DNA of 63,007 nt, counting the filler, from Octopus bimaculoides (lineage: Eukaryota), in NCBI RefSeq assembly GCF_001194135.2. It is 6 parts of 6 records of this genome, joined end to end, with 100 filler letters (N's around TTAATTAATTAA, not from the genome) between each part and the next. Parts side by side here need not be neighbours in the genome. Positions count along the whole stretch, not along the records: positions 1 to 9,737 come from NC_068989.1; positions 9,838 to 21,477 come from NC_069006.1; 4 more parts are not named here. One strand, 5' to 3'. The translations under genes were made by a program, and so were the position numbers. The stretch's first letter is position 1. Each line of letters begins with the position of its first letter. This document shows, in pieces, positions 1-12,350 of the stretch. A model generated the notes under the pieces. That model saw nothing but the letters and a program-made list of their open reading frames with translations. It was not told the DNA's origin and ran no database searches.

Positions 1-373
1 TATATATATATATATGTATTATAGCATGCTAGAAGCCTCAGCCTTGGCCAAAGTCGTACTTCTCAGTGGTGACAGAAAATCAATACTTGATAGTCTTCCG
101 CGATTTTAGACATTAGTGTATTGGTACATGGTGCAACAGTAAAACCATCGATATTTTACAATACCATTTAGTGTGGCGCCAGTAACGTTAGGCAGGTAGT
201 AATGGTCTTTTCATGTAGCAAGTATTTTACATATTTATTTTCAGTTATCATTATGGTTTGGGCCGGGACACACTGCATGTTTGCTGTTAAAACGTTTATC
301 AATAAGAGTATATCTGAGAGGAATTTTTGTCGCAGTCTGTACTTTTTTGTGATACTTGTCAGTCACGAAAATG

Positions 374-430
<57 letters not shown>

Positions 431-542
431 ACACACACATCAATAAAATATATGAATATACTGAATCCATATTAATTGTATGCGTACACACAAATACACA
501 CACACAGATGTGTATGTATATGTGTGTATGTGTGTGTATAGG

Positions 543-608
<66 letters not shown>

Positions 609-639
609 TGCGCGCGTATTGTATAATCAGATAGAATCC

Positions 640-1150
640 AAAAGAGATTGGTGTTGGTCCGCGTCAGCAAGACTTGTAATATCTAGTAAAATTGACGAGG
701 AGTAGAAAGTCTGTTTCGGACAAAGTCTTTCTTCAGAGAAGAACTGACATAAATGAAATTAAAGAGAGATAACAGAGCTTTACATCGACAGGTTTAAATG
801 AATATTTTCTGCGCCGAGGCTTACCCTTACTTCGGTAATTGTTTTCTAATCTTTCAACTCACCTCTCACTTCGTATTTTCCGTTTATTTCACTCTCACCT
901 TCATACACTTCTCCTCCTCCAGTTTCACACTCTTCCAGTTTCACTCTCCTACTACTTTCTGTCCATGTATGAAACGTCCGTTGTCCTGTGTTCCTTCTCA
1001 GTGGCAGCCAGTCTTTTGAGGACATAAAATTCTGCAGCCTCTCTTTAATTTCATACCTGTCAACGTTACACTGAAGAAGAACTATGTCCGAAATGTTCAA
1101 CTCTCTACATCCTGCGGCAAGTCCTCTGTGAAATTTTTGTCAAATTTACA
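640..1150. mobile_element. Two opposed Penelope-like pseudo-LTR remnants
   Basis: Minus 700-770 and plus 1039-1110 are diverged homologues, each reading ctctctttaatttcat...ctgaaga...gtccgaaa. Each has a degenerate CTGAAGA..GAAA core, and a pyrimidine-rich tract lies between them. Confidence 0.5.
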
Positions 1151-1197
<47 letters not shown>

Positions 1198-1391
1198 TGT
1201 ATGTGTATGTTTGTATGTATATGCATATGTATGTATGTGTATGCATGTATGCATGTATGTATGTATGTATATGTGCAGATTTGTATGTTTTGTTTTATGT
1301 ATGTATTCTCATGCCTATACTTACATGTCCAGACATGTTCATATATACTTATATACTTATATACTTATATACTTATATACTTATATACTTA

Positions 1392-1872
1392 ATAAACTTC
1401 TGGAAAGTTTTACAGATTTTTACAGTTCCAGTGAGAGGTTGGATCTGCAGTCATCGAATCAATTTTCTCCTTTCTGGTTTTGAGAAGCCTAATTTTTCAA
1501 GATTGGTATTTAGGCAGTGTGAGACATATCTCAGTTCCCCAATAAATCTGAACTTGTAATCTGGATAGAGCAGCTGTAGATTTCTCAGTAGTTCAGCGTA
1601 GACATTTTATTTTTCGCTGATCTTTAGCTTTATGTTAACATCCGCTGGGCAGCTGATTTCCACAACTGTACACAGCTTCTCTTCTCTATCTCAAATTACT
1701 ATATCAGGTCTATTGTGTTCAGATTTTATTGAGGTTTTCACTGAGATATTCCACCAGTACTCTTTTTTATTATGAGTGGCTACGGTTTCTACCATACTGT
1801 AAGTTCTTATTTCTTTGGCCTCGGGGTTTTCCTTCCGACGGATCTCATTATAAAGTGTGGATGTATGTCTCT
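1392..1872 (-). mobile_element. R4/Dong-type LINE, 3' end with REL endonuclease remnant (copy 2)
   Basis: Minus-strand translation with stops and frameshifts gives KEYWWNISVKTSIKSEHNRPDIVI*DREEKLCTVVEISCPAD...TGTVKICKTFQKF, paralogous to ORF 1971-2471. It is followed by a (TAAGTATA)n tract at about 1345-1392. Confidence 0.85.
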
Positions 1873-3730
1873 TTTATTTTTTAATTGTGAGAAATCTTCC
1901 ACTGAGGAGGGAGTAGTTTCCTACAAAGATACAAGACTCTATGTTTGGGATGTAGTTAACGCAGACAAATTCATATTTGGAACTTGAGAAAAGTTTTGCA
2001 TATTTTTACTGTTCCACTCACAGATTGCACTTGTAATGTACGAATTAGTTGGTCGATTTCGCTTTCTGAAAATGCCAGTTTATCCAAATTCTTCTTTAAG
2101 CATTTACTAACGAAACCTAGTGCTCCAATAATAAATGGTATGAATATGAATCCATAGCCTGGATATAGAAGCTGGAGATTTCGAAGCAGTTGTCCATAGA
2201 TATCCTCTTTTCCTTTGATTTTCAAAGAGATATTTAAATCTGCAGGGCAGCTGACCTTTATGACAGTACATACCTTTGCCCCTCTGTCCCAAACAACAAT
2301 ATCCGGCCTGTTATCTTTACATTTGACGGAAGTTTTGATGGGAATATTCCACCAGTATTCCTTGAGTTGGTATTTATGAATGTATTCCATAACAGAGTGA
2401 TTTTCTGAGTTTATTTCAGGACAGTCTTTTTTTGTGGATGGCATTGTAAATTGTTTTAACGACAACAACATGCCGCATAGGGAGGTAGTACCGTGACGAC
2501 ATTTTAGGACAGCTGCTAATCACATGCGTGATGTCTTCCACAGAAACATGACATAGACTACAGACGCGGTTGCACCTTGGGATTACATGAGTGTCACTGT
2601 CTCTCTCGTTCACCAGGTAATTTGTGGCAATCTCCTGCTCCTGGATTGCAAACGCATAGCCTTCCAAGTGTGACGTGATGTAGTGGTCTTGTGTCCAAGA
2701 GAAGCTGCGCTTTGTGTCAATTCTACTGTCTTCTTCAAGTTTCTGGGCAACATACCCATGCATAGTCTTTTTTTTTTTTTTTGTATACTGAGTGCTTCCG
2801 ATCTAGGTCTTCTCTGAGGTAAGAGAGCCTAGCTGTTTTGGGACTGTATAGGAGATCATCAGGAAGAGAGTGCTTCTTAAGGAGCCCACTGCCAACTCAC
2901 ATTTTAGCATCTATATATTTATTTTTGCTGCTGTTGTTCATCAGGTGCTGCTTGAGTGATACGATACGGCATTCGAAGGCCGTCTGCATTGATCTCAGGC
3001 CTCTACCACCTTCATTTCTTCTTAGGTAGAGCCTGTCAACGTCACTATTTTTCTGGAAGTTCCCAGTTGTTGTCAGGGTTTTGTGGGTTTTGATATCTAT
3101 GGAGCGAATTTCTTCTACAGACCAATCAAGTATCCCAAATGTTGGGATCAGCACTTGTACTGCAAATGCATTGTGAGATATTGCTTGGTTGTAAGAGGAG
3201 AGTTCCGACTACCATATTTTCTTAAGTCTGGTGTAATATTCTCGAGTCACTCTATCTTTATTCACAGTGCCTTCTTATGATACATTTTCATCTATGCCTA
3301 GGCACTTGTAACATTTTTTGCATGGAATGGAGGAGGTACAGACACTGTTGATGCACAGGGTTTGGGGGGGGGGGCTGGCTTTCCTCGTTCTATAACGAAA
3401 TATGAACATTTCTTTGGGCCAAATTCCATGCCTGTATCAGCTGAAAATGTTGTTATTAATTCCAGTTGTTTTTATTTTTATTTTTGGCATTGTTAATACT
3501 TTAAGCATAAATCGTGAGGTCGTCTACAAAGAAATTATGAATTACATTGATATTTCTAGCAGTTGAAGATCTTAGCATGTAACCATTTGTTTTCTGTCGT
3601 AGGAACGATAATGGATTCAGTGCCAAAATGAAAAGAAGTACAGAAAGACTATCTCCCTGGAATATTCCCTTTGAAATGGTTATAGTATTTGAAACAATTA
3701 TTCTGTTCTCAGTTGGAAGGGTGAGAATTG
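1873..3730 (-). mobile_element. R4/Dong-type non-LTR retrotransposon, 5'-truncated and decayed (RT C-half, CCHC, REL)
   Basis: Motifs in order: KGIFQGDSLS and FFVDD (3490-3680), YKCLGIDE, RLYLRRNEGGRGL (2897-3154), CSLC..EDITHVISSC zinc knuckle with RH (2416-2763), and RPDIVVWD..VSCP..KEDIY REL (1971-2471). Multiple stops and frameshifts. Confidence 0.92.
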
Positions 3731-4169
3731 TGTATGCATGTATGTATGTATGTATGTATGTGTGTGTGTACGTTTGAATCTCCCCGCCCCCCTTCGTCCA
3801 CAGCTAAAATTGTACAATGGGAGGCAACTCTTCTATCCCATTCAGAAAAGAGATCTATTCATTGTTTTTTTCACCACCAAGCTAACCAGGACTACACATT
3901 TACCTCCAGCATTAAAAACGCTATGTGCTTCCGAACAGCAGGTCAAATGAGTTGTCTCTATTGCTAAGTGCTACAGTAGACTCGAAACCAATGGTAACTT
4001 TCTGACTGGTTATGACATAACAAAAGATATACTACTCGACAATATCAAAGTATAACCGCGCAAATTCTCTTTGAGAGCATTCTTCTTTCCTGACTTGTGG
4101 TCAACTGACCGATAATGTGTGTGTGTGTGTGTGTGTGTGTACAGACATATATACACATATATATACGTA

Positions 4170-4314
4170 TGGTAAAAAGCTTGCTTCCCAACCACAGGGT
4201 TCCGGGTTCAGTCCCACTGCGTGGCTACTTGAGCAAGTGTCTTCTACTACAGCCACGGGCCGACCCAAAGCCTTGAGTGGATTTGGTATACGGAAACTAA
4301 ATGAAGCCCGTCGT
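4170..4314 (+). mobile_element. tRNA-derived SINE family A, 5' half
   Basis: Matches the head of the full copy at 12351, with B-box-like ggttcagtccc. Confidence 0.85.
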
Positions 4315-4377
4315 ATATATATATATATATATATNNNNNNNNNNNNNNNNNNNNNNNNNNNNNNNNNNNNNNNNNNN

Positions 4378-6515
4378 NATATTATAATGTTAGGGAATTA
4401 CTAAATCCGAACTTACAAGGAAATACAATTTAATAATATCAAATTGAGTTGTATAATGAAAAATATCTTAATAATTTAAAGAAGAGCCACCATGGTGCAA
4501 CTCACACGATGAAGGAGATCAGACACCATCAAGAAAAGCGTACTATACAGAATGCTAGTTTAAAAATCTAAAAAATCCAAGAGAAAATTTGTAATACATA
4601 GAATCTATGAAATATTGGACTAAAAATTTAAATTAGTTTAATAAGTTTATAAAAACGAAAGTGAATGAAGGACTACGCGCGTTTCGTGGCCACATAAAAG
4701 TGGAAAATATCTGGTCAATCTACAATGGATCGATCAAGATAAATACCACTCATAATTAGGACACTCTTCAGGTCAAGTAACTTCAAAAAGCGTATCCTAA
4801 TAATTAAAAATGCGATAAATAAGAAAAGTTAAAAAATCTGTACGTTTAAGCAAAATTTAGTACAAAAGAAAGTGTCAAGATTTTAAAATAATAAAAATCA
4901 AATAACAATAAATATCTGTCAAGTTGAAGGCATAAAACAGCTATTGGAGAAATAATATCTGTAGATAAGGAAAAAGAAAACATATATAAAGAAAGTGTAA
5001 TTAACTATTAAATGGAAAAAGACGTTCAAGAGTATTAGGAAAAATAATATCACTTAACGAAGATTTTTTGTTGACTGTGGTATTACCCATGAGGCAAAGA
5101 AATATATATGAGGTGTATCATGTGATTAAATGGCGTTTATACGTGACCACAAATATTAAGATTAACGTGTAGAATTAAAATATATAAGACACGTGACAAT
5201 ATGGCGTTGAAGGAGAAGAGGGAAGAAAAACCAAAAAGAAAAAATGATAAGGTAAGTGCATAGACATGGAACCAAACAATATTATGCTGTTATGTTATTG
5301 AGTAGAAGACAAATTGGTAAATTAAGTGATAGGAGCTAAAATGTAAATGTATTTAAGGATTCGTGAGAATATACAATAACAAAATATGAAGGAAGGTAGT
5401 ATTACGGTGAACTTATTATACGTCTCTAAGTAGATAGTTAATTTTTACTCAGAACCATATATTAAACAAAACCTACATACTAACAAGACTAATCACTGCT
5501 AAGGAGCCATCGCAATAGCAAGTATAATAAAATAAGGTTTATATATATATCTCTTTAAACAGCTGAGTTTTAATCACAAAGCTATCGCGACTAACTACCT
5601 GAATTTTAACCCTAATGCGAAGTCATTACTAAGCAAATATTTACAATAGAGTTGTGTGAACATTATCTCAACTTATATAAAAAGTTAAGTTTATGTCTAC
5701 ATTTGATTTTGCGTTTATATTGGGAGTTTATTAATTTTTTATTATTAGTGAGTAGTATCTCCTTAAACTCGTTAGTGCATAAAGAGCAGAATTTACTGCC
5801 TATTCGGTAAGATTTAGCCTTACAAGCTATTTCCCATTTTAAATTGTATTTAATTCCTTTCGATTTAAGGTCCCATATGTATTTGCTAAGGCCAGTGGAA
5901 TTAATTAAGTTGCTATTCTTAAAAGAGTGCATATGTTGAGCCACTCGAGATTTGATTTTATTAGAGGTTGAATCGATGTAAATCGTGTTTAGACTATATT
6001 TATTCTTGTTATTATAATCATTAGGAGTAACTACACGTTGATATGCCACATTCTCTAGATTACAGTTATTGTTAAATTTGCATTTAGTTTTATCTCTGCA
6101 TGTGCAGTTAGTTATGTGCTGGTCTATATTATTACTATTATTTTTATTGGGGGTGTGGCTTAATTTATTATTGTAGAACTTGTTCAATTTAAACTTGTGA
6201 AAGGATGAGATGATGTTACTAACATTATTAGTAGTGGAGTAACCAACCCCTAAGTTCTTACTAGAGAAAATGTCTTCATATTTTTATTGTCTTTAATGAA
6301 TGTTTAGATTATATTTAGAATTTCTTTAATAATATTTGTTTTAACCTGGACCCAGTACGGGATTATTAACCAGGTTTTTTCGTTGTTATTTCTATTATTA
6401 GGTTTATAATTTTTATCTTTAAATGAATGATCTGTCCTTGTATTAGCTAATTTATGATGCTTATTAATCGGGTGAGTTGCACCATGGTGGTTCTTCTCTA
6501 AATTATTAATATATA
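4378..6515 (-). mobile_element. Penelope-like element: RT C-terminus, GIY-YIG endonuclease and 3' pseudo-LTR, with an inverted fragment at its left end
   Basis: ORF 5663-6187 is a decayed GIY-YIG domain: CTCRDKTKC..NCNLENVAY..IYIDST..KSRVAQHMHSF..STGLSKYIWDLK..CSLC..CRH. 4464-4510(+) is an inverted copy of 6467-6513 (47 nt, 4 mismatches). Confidence 0.85.
4671..4774 (-). ncRNA. Type I hammerhead ribozyme in the PLE pseudo-LTR
   Basis: Minus strand reads GAC-CUGAAGA-GUGUCC-[67 nt]-GGCCAC-GAAA-CGCGCG-UA-GUC. Core is intact; stem I 3 bp; stem II 5/6 bp; stem III is the palindrome ACGCGCGU. Confidence 0.72.
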
Positions 6516-6600
6516 TATATATATATATATATCGTTTGTAAAAAAAACATAAACCCGAAAGAAGCACACTCGATGTAGAGCAGTATATACTAAAAATGAG

Positions 6601-6790
6601 GAAGGCCGGTTTATGGGATTACTTTAGGTCACCCGTCCATAAAGGGCTTAGCTTTATGGCGTACAGTCAGATCCCAAAAACCTGTTGGTCCAAGGTCTTG
6701 GACCAACAGGTTTTTGGGATCTGACTGTACGCCATAAAGCTAAGCCCTTTATGGACGGGTGACCTAAAGTAATCCCATAAACCGGCCTTC
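6601..6790. repeat. Perfect palindrome, 94-bp arms with a 2-nt centre
   Basis: 6601-6694 is the exact reverse complement of 6697-6790. Confidence 0.95.
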
Positions 6791-7212
6791 CCCATTACAT
6801 ATATATATATTAATAATAATATGACAACAAAAGAATGAATGAGACCTCGATATTATGTAAAATAGAGGAATTTATCTATGAATATAATATGTGACAATTA
6901 GTTGGTTATCATAATAAAACTCAGAGTTTCGGATGCCGGAGCTGAAGTCTGCTCCAGCATTTCCTTAGCCATTAAGACAAACAAAAACGCTATGAAAAAA
7001 ATACGGAAATTACTCCAATAGGCATAGGGAAAGTAAAACTGCGTTCATAAAATCCGCATATGTATATGTATACACATACATATACACGCACGCACACACA
7101 CACACACACTTGTATGTATATATATCTATATATATACTCACATACGCGTGTACATATACATACAAACACACAAATATACATATATATGTCTATGCATACA
7201 CGCACATACACA

Positions 7213-7685
7213 GGAAGGACATTATCCAAATGATGAAAACATTCGATCTTAGCATAACAATGGATACCAACCAGACGGTTGTCAATTTCCTAGACATATC
7301 TTTAGATTTAAATAAGAATATTTACAAACCCTATAGAAAGCCCAACGATAGACTTAGCTATATTAATGTAGGTTCCTGTTATCCCTCCATAGTATTTAAG
7401 AATTTAGTTAAAAACATTAGCAAGATAATTTCTAGCCCCTCCAATATAAACATTTTTAATAGTGTTGCTCCAATATATAATAAAGCCCTAAAAGATAGTA
7501 GTTTTAACGAGGAAATAACCTATACACCTGCTATTAGTCCAGTAACAAAGATGAGGAAAAATAGGAATGGGAAAATTATCTGGTTCACACCACCTTACTC
7601 CCCCGAAGTGTCCTTTAATATAGGTAGATATTTCTTATCACTTATTGATAGGCATTTTTCAATCAATCATAATTAGAGAAAGTGT
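7213..7685 (+). mobile_element. Penelope-like RT C-terminal/thumb fragment
   Basis: VVNFLDISLDLNKNIYKPYRKPND..IIWFTPPYSPEVSFNIGRYFLSLIDRHF, typical of PLE RT. Confidence 0.85.
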
Positions 7686-7744
7686 GCGTATGTATATTAT
7701 TTATATTATTACTTGATTGAACGCCACGCATCTATTCCCAAGTA

Positions 7745-7784
<40 letters not shown>

Positions 7785-7859
7785 TACATACATACACACA
7801 CGTACACACACACACACACACATACATACAGGGTGATTGAAAAGTAACTCTCTATGGTA

Positions 7860-8200
7860 TCTCACTATGCTGCACGATGAGATCTGACCAGTTATCAGTG
7901 CCTGGGAGAATACTGAAGATTTGATTTTCATGCAAGATGGCGTCCCTCCACATTTTGCTTTTGTTCGTGAATGGCTGAATGCCCACTTCCCCGGGAGATG
8001 GGTGGGTTACCATGGTCTACCTGAGTCATCAGCCAGCAGTCCCGACTTAAAAGCCTTTGATTTCTTTCTTTGGGATTGGTTAAAGGGACAAGTATACTTT
8101 ACCAGACCAAAGACTTTAAAAGAATTTGAAGGGAGAATACAAGAAGTTATGACTTCTATCCCACAAGACTTCCTAATGAAATCACTTGACGCAATTCCTA
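7860..8200 (+). mobile_element. Tc1/mariner-superfamily (DD37D-like) transposase C-terminal fragment
   Basis: FMQDGVPPHFA.VREWLNAHFPGRWVG..SPDLKAFDFFLWDWLKGQVY..PKTL. No TIRs seen. Confidence 0.85.
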
Positions 8201-8347
8201 TACATTATTCTACTTTTATATATATCTATAATACAAATGCGAATGTATGTGTGTTTTGCCCAAAATTGCTCTGAAACGGTGAATCCCGAAGAAAAACGAA
8301 TTTGATTTTCGAATTTTGCGTCCCACAGACAATGTCGTTCGTTCGTA

Positions 8348-8474
<127 letters not shown>

Positions 8475-8792
8475 ATATAATTTCCTATGAGAAATAACTC
8501 GGGTTTTAGATCGACAACTCACCCACTCCCTATCTATTATCATCAAACTATCTCTCTATATATATTTACCATACTCTTTAACACACACTCTCTTTCTGTA
8601 TGTATTAACTCTCATGCATAAGTTTCATATTAAGACCTCTTCTAATGTTTACTTTCATTTTATCACAGCTGTCATGTAAAAAAAAATCCTGTTTACGGAT
8701 AGAGCCCGGATTCATCATTTAAAAATGATTCAATATACCAAATTTGAAATTTTTCGCTTTATTTCAAAATTTTAAAATCTGTGACAGCGACA

Positions 8793-8844
<52 letters not shown>

Positions 8845-8920
8845 TCTCTCTCCTCTCTCTCCCCATCCTCTTTCTCCGTCTCTCTCTCTCTCTCTTTCTC
8901 TCTCTCTCAGTCTCTCTCTC

Positions 8921-8973
<53 letters not shown>

Positions 8974-8984
8974 CTCTATCTCTA

Positions 8985-9737
8985 TCAAGCCAGGGAGAAT
9001 TGGTTAAGGCAATAAACTACTAACCAAAAGTCATAAAGGATACACTCATCACCAGGAACTACCCATCTTCACTAATTGATATATGCTTTCAACGTGCCCT
9101 GCAACTCAACATCCACGAACCCAGACATCCCAAATTAAAGAAGGATTTGCAACCAAAGGCCCTACCATACATCTCCACACACAATCCTCTTAACAATGAA
9201 ACCTTCGACACCATCCTTCAAAACATTCCCCTACTAAAAAAGGACCACATAATGAACTTAATCCTCCAAACACATACCATCATAAAAAGCAAGAGACAAC
9301 CCAAATCTATGAAAAGTTTCCTAACACAAGCCCGAATACGCTCAACAACGACACAGAAACCGTCAGTTAAAAAATGTGGAAGACCCAACTGTGGGATATG
9401 CACCAATTTAATTGAGGGATCAGAGTTCTCCTTCAAACAGGGACAACGTTTCACAGGGAAATACAGCTTCACATGTGCTTCGGAGAACCCGATATACGCA
9501 ATAACCTGCTCTGGGTGTCAAGAGCAATACATAGGCCAAACAAAAGATAATGTACATTAAAGGATGGCTCTGCACAGATCTCAAATCAAAATTCCCAAAA
9601 ACAGAAAAATAGCATTCAGCCAACAAATCGACATTTGCGCCAATAATAAAATTACAAACTTCAGAATTTTTCCCCTCTACCAATTCAGGGACGATACGAC
9701 TTGTAGCCAACGAATTAGTAAAGAGACTCTCTTTATT
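8985..9737 (+). mobile_element. Penelope-like element (Neptune-like Cys-rich linker plus GIY-YIG), decayed
   Basis: KRQPKSM..CGRPNCGIC..FTCASENPIYAITCSGCQEQYIGQT..*RMALHRSQI. Truncated by a gap. Confidence 0.85.
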
Positions 9738-9837
9738 NNNNNNNNNNNNNNNNNNNNNNNNNNNNNNNNNNNNNNNNNNNNTTAATTAATTAANNNNNNN
9801 NNNNNNNNNNNNNNNNNNNNNNNNNNNNNNNNNNNNN

Positions 9838-9904
<67 letters not shown>

Positions 9905-9971
9905 TATATATATGTCAGTAAATAGTGGGGTTATATATATATATATATATCTGTGTGTTTGTAATGTATAT

Positions 9972-10265
9972 GGCCTGGCTCTCCATTGGTTACGCCAACG
10001 AGGGTTCCAGTTGATCCACTCAACAGAACAGCTTGCTCATGGAATTAACATGCAAGTGGCTGAGTACTCCACAGACACGTGTACCCTTAATGTAGTTCTC
10101 GGGGATATTCAGCGTGACACAGAGTGTGACAAGGCTGGCCCCTTTGGAATACAGGTACTGCTCATTTTTGCCAATTGAGTGTTCTGCTCAAGAACATAAT
10201 GTGCTACCGAGAATTGAACTCACGACATTAAGATTGTGAGCCAAAAACACTAACCACTAAGCTAT
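9972..10265 (-). mobile_element. tRNA-derived SINE family C
   Basis: Shares the gagggttccagttgatcc...gtggctgagtactccacagacacgtgtaccc core with the copy at 36789. Confidence 0.85.
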
Positions 10266-10416
10266 GTATATACACACACATGTATATGTATATACACACA
10301 CATGTATATGTATATGCACACACACATATGTATATGTATATACACACATGTACATATGTATAAACACACACATGTATATATGTATATACACACACACATA
10401 TATATATATGTATATA

Positions 10417-10500
<84 letters not shown>

Positions 10501-10530
10501 TGTATATACACACACATAGGTATATATATT
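10262..10530. repeat. Compound (TA)n/(CA)n/(TATG)n microsatellite
   Basis: Seen directly; representative of dozens of such tracts in the window. Confidence 0.95.
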
Positions 10531-10613
10531 GATTAGTTATAGGATTCAATAGAATCTAGACAATCAACACATAGGATACCATATGTATATATTTGCACAC
10601 ACATGCAATAAGC

Positions 10614-10767
10614 AGGCTTCTTTTAGTTTCCATCTAGCGATTTCCTTCAGAAAGCATTGCTTGGCCCAGGGCTTTAAAAGAAGGCACTTGTTCAAGGTAC
10701 CATACAGTGGGACTGAACCCAAAACCATGCTAAGCTAAGAAGCAAGCTTCTTAACCACACATCCATG
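10614..10767 (-). mobile_element. SINE family A head, diverged
   Basis: Reverse-complement similarity to the 12351 head. Confidence 0.7.
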
Positions 10768-11220
10768 GACTGGTATATTGTGTACCAGTAATATACTGGG
10801 TTTCATTTAATTCACTACATCCTCTCTCCCTACACATCATTGCTATCATTTTACCAAATTAATGCAAACCATTTCATACATCTCGCTTATGTATTTACCA
10901 AAATATACAAACATCTCCACCTCCGGTTCTGTTCCGCTACCAAACTCGCAGACTTTCTCGTCTGCACAAGAAACCAGCATCAGTGCATGATTGTCACAAC
11001 TTCCCATTTTCTCCCACCTACAAACCCGAGATTTCTTCTATTAATGTTATGGTTCTTGTTGCTGCATGACATGTACCAAGCGCTGTAGAATAGAGCTAAG
11101 CTCAAACTGAGCCAAACTCAACATTGCTTTTGATATCCAAGTTTTTAACCAGTTAATTTCGTTTTCCTCCATTTTATTCCCAAAAGGAAAAGCTTGAATA
11201 CCATAATGCTCTAGTGAAAT

Positions 11221-11482
11221 CAGAGGTTCTCAACCAGGGTCTGTGTGACCCTTAAGGGTCCATACAAGATTTTGTTGTCAAAAATTAAGGGCAATAAGAT
11301 CTGTTATACTTCTACAATGCACAAAATATTTAACAATTTCTTTTTTTTATACAGTTTCTAATTATATTTAATTACAAAAATAATAGCATTTTTTTTTATA
11401 TACATCAGACGACTACAGGGATCTAGTAGGGTAAGACAGAAATCAAAGGGGTCTGTTAGCAAAAAATGGTTGAGAACCACTG
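11221..11482. mobile_element. hAT (Charlie-like) MITE
   Basis: 15-bp TIRs CAGAGGTTCTCAACC / GGTTGAGAACCACTG (1 mismatch). Flanks agtgaaat / atgtaaat may be a degenerate 8-bp TSD (5/8 match). Confidence 0.75.
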
Positions 11483-11639
11483 ATGTAAATGAAGAAAACT
11501 GTCATAAAGTAAAATGAAAAAAAAATAATCAAATCCTTGCATGACCTTCACCACATCCCATTTCTCTCCGTTTGACTATAAATGTTTTTTATTGCTTATA
11601 AAAGAAATTTTTATCATGTTTTTATTTCACTTCTTGTTA

Positions 11640-11900
11640 CAAAATTATTTTTATTATTATTACTATTAATATTATTATTATTACATAATTTTTATCATCT
11701 TTATTATTGCATAATTATCGCCATTATTATCATCATTACATAATTATTGTCATCTCTATTATTACATAATTATTAGTTATTTTATTTTTATTACATAATT
11801 ATTTTTATTATTACATAATTACTATAGTTATTTTTGTTAATTACGTTATTATCATAATTGTCATTTTTATCATTGTTATTATTATTGTTATTATTATTAT
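11640..11900. repeat. Degenerate (ATT)n tract with ttacataatt-unit minisatellite
   Basis: Repeated ttacataatt units within (tta/tca)n. Confidence 0.8.
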
Positions 11901-12335
11901 TGGTGGCTGTAGCGAAAGAGGTTGTTTGGACAAGGCTGAAAGGCATGAGGACAGATACATTCCTCTTTGGTAGAGGAAGTCTCATTGACTCTTTCAAGTT
12001 TCACTCGAAAAGGAAATTGAGAGTGGAGAGTGAAGTGCTGTCCTCGAGTGAGTTCATTGAAAGGTGGGTGAAAGTTGCGAAAATGGCAAGAGTGGATGGT
12101 ACTTCTCTAAGTGTAGACCTGTGAGTCGGAGAGAAAGAATTGGAGAGGGCACTTGCTCATAAGGTATCAGGGATGTATCGGACAGTGGGGTTCCTCAATT
12201 ATCCCTAGAGGCATTCCTGTATCAGGAGGGCCACATCTCTATCATCCTCCCCACCACTTTTTTTTTAACCTTTGCCTGCTGCATATTTGTCCCTTCTTTT
12301 TCAGTCTATACCATGTAGACTTTCTTTTTTTCTTA
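11900..12335 (+). mobile_element. L1/Tx1-like LINE 3' end (ORF2 C-terminus and UTR)
   Basis: VAVAKEVVWTRLKG..FKFHSKRKLRVESEVLSSSEFIERW resembles the Tx1 ORF2 terminus (AK..IW..R....F..RW), followed by a pyrimidine-rich UTR. Confidence 0.6.
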
Positions 12336-12350
12336 TCCTTTCATTATTAT

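Noticed and set aside
846-1100. 84-aa minus-strand ORF that looks protein-like
   Set aside because: It is the antisense of a pyrimidine-rich PLE terminal region, with no recognisable domain or splice signals.
6915-6975. Hairpin ATGCTGGAGC/GCTCCGGCAT flanked by CTAAGGA and GAAAC on the minus strand
   Set aside because: The core is mutated, the stem II register does not fit, and stem I cannot be formed. At most a dead hammerhead relic.
9782-9793. TTAATTAATTAA islands inside N runs (also 21522-21533, 40152-40163, 48106-48117, 57580-57591)
   Set aside because: Identical 12-mer centred in a 100-bp placeholder (44 N on each side where counted). This is a scaffolding linker, not biology.
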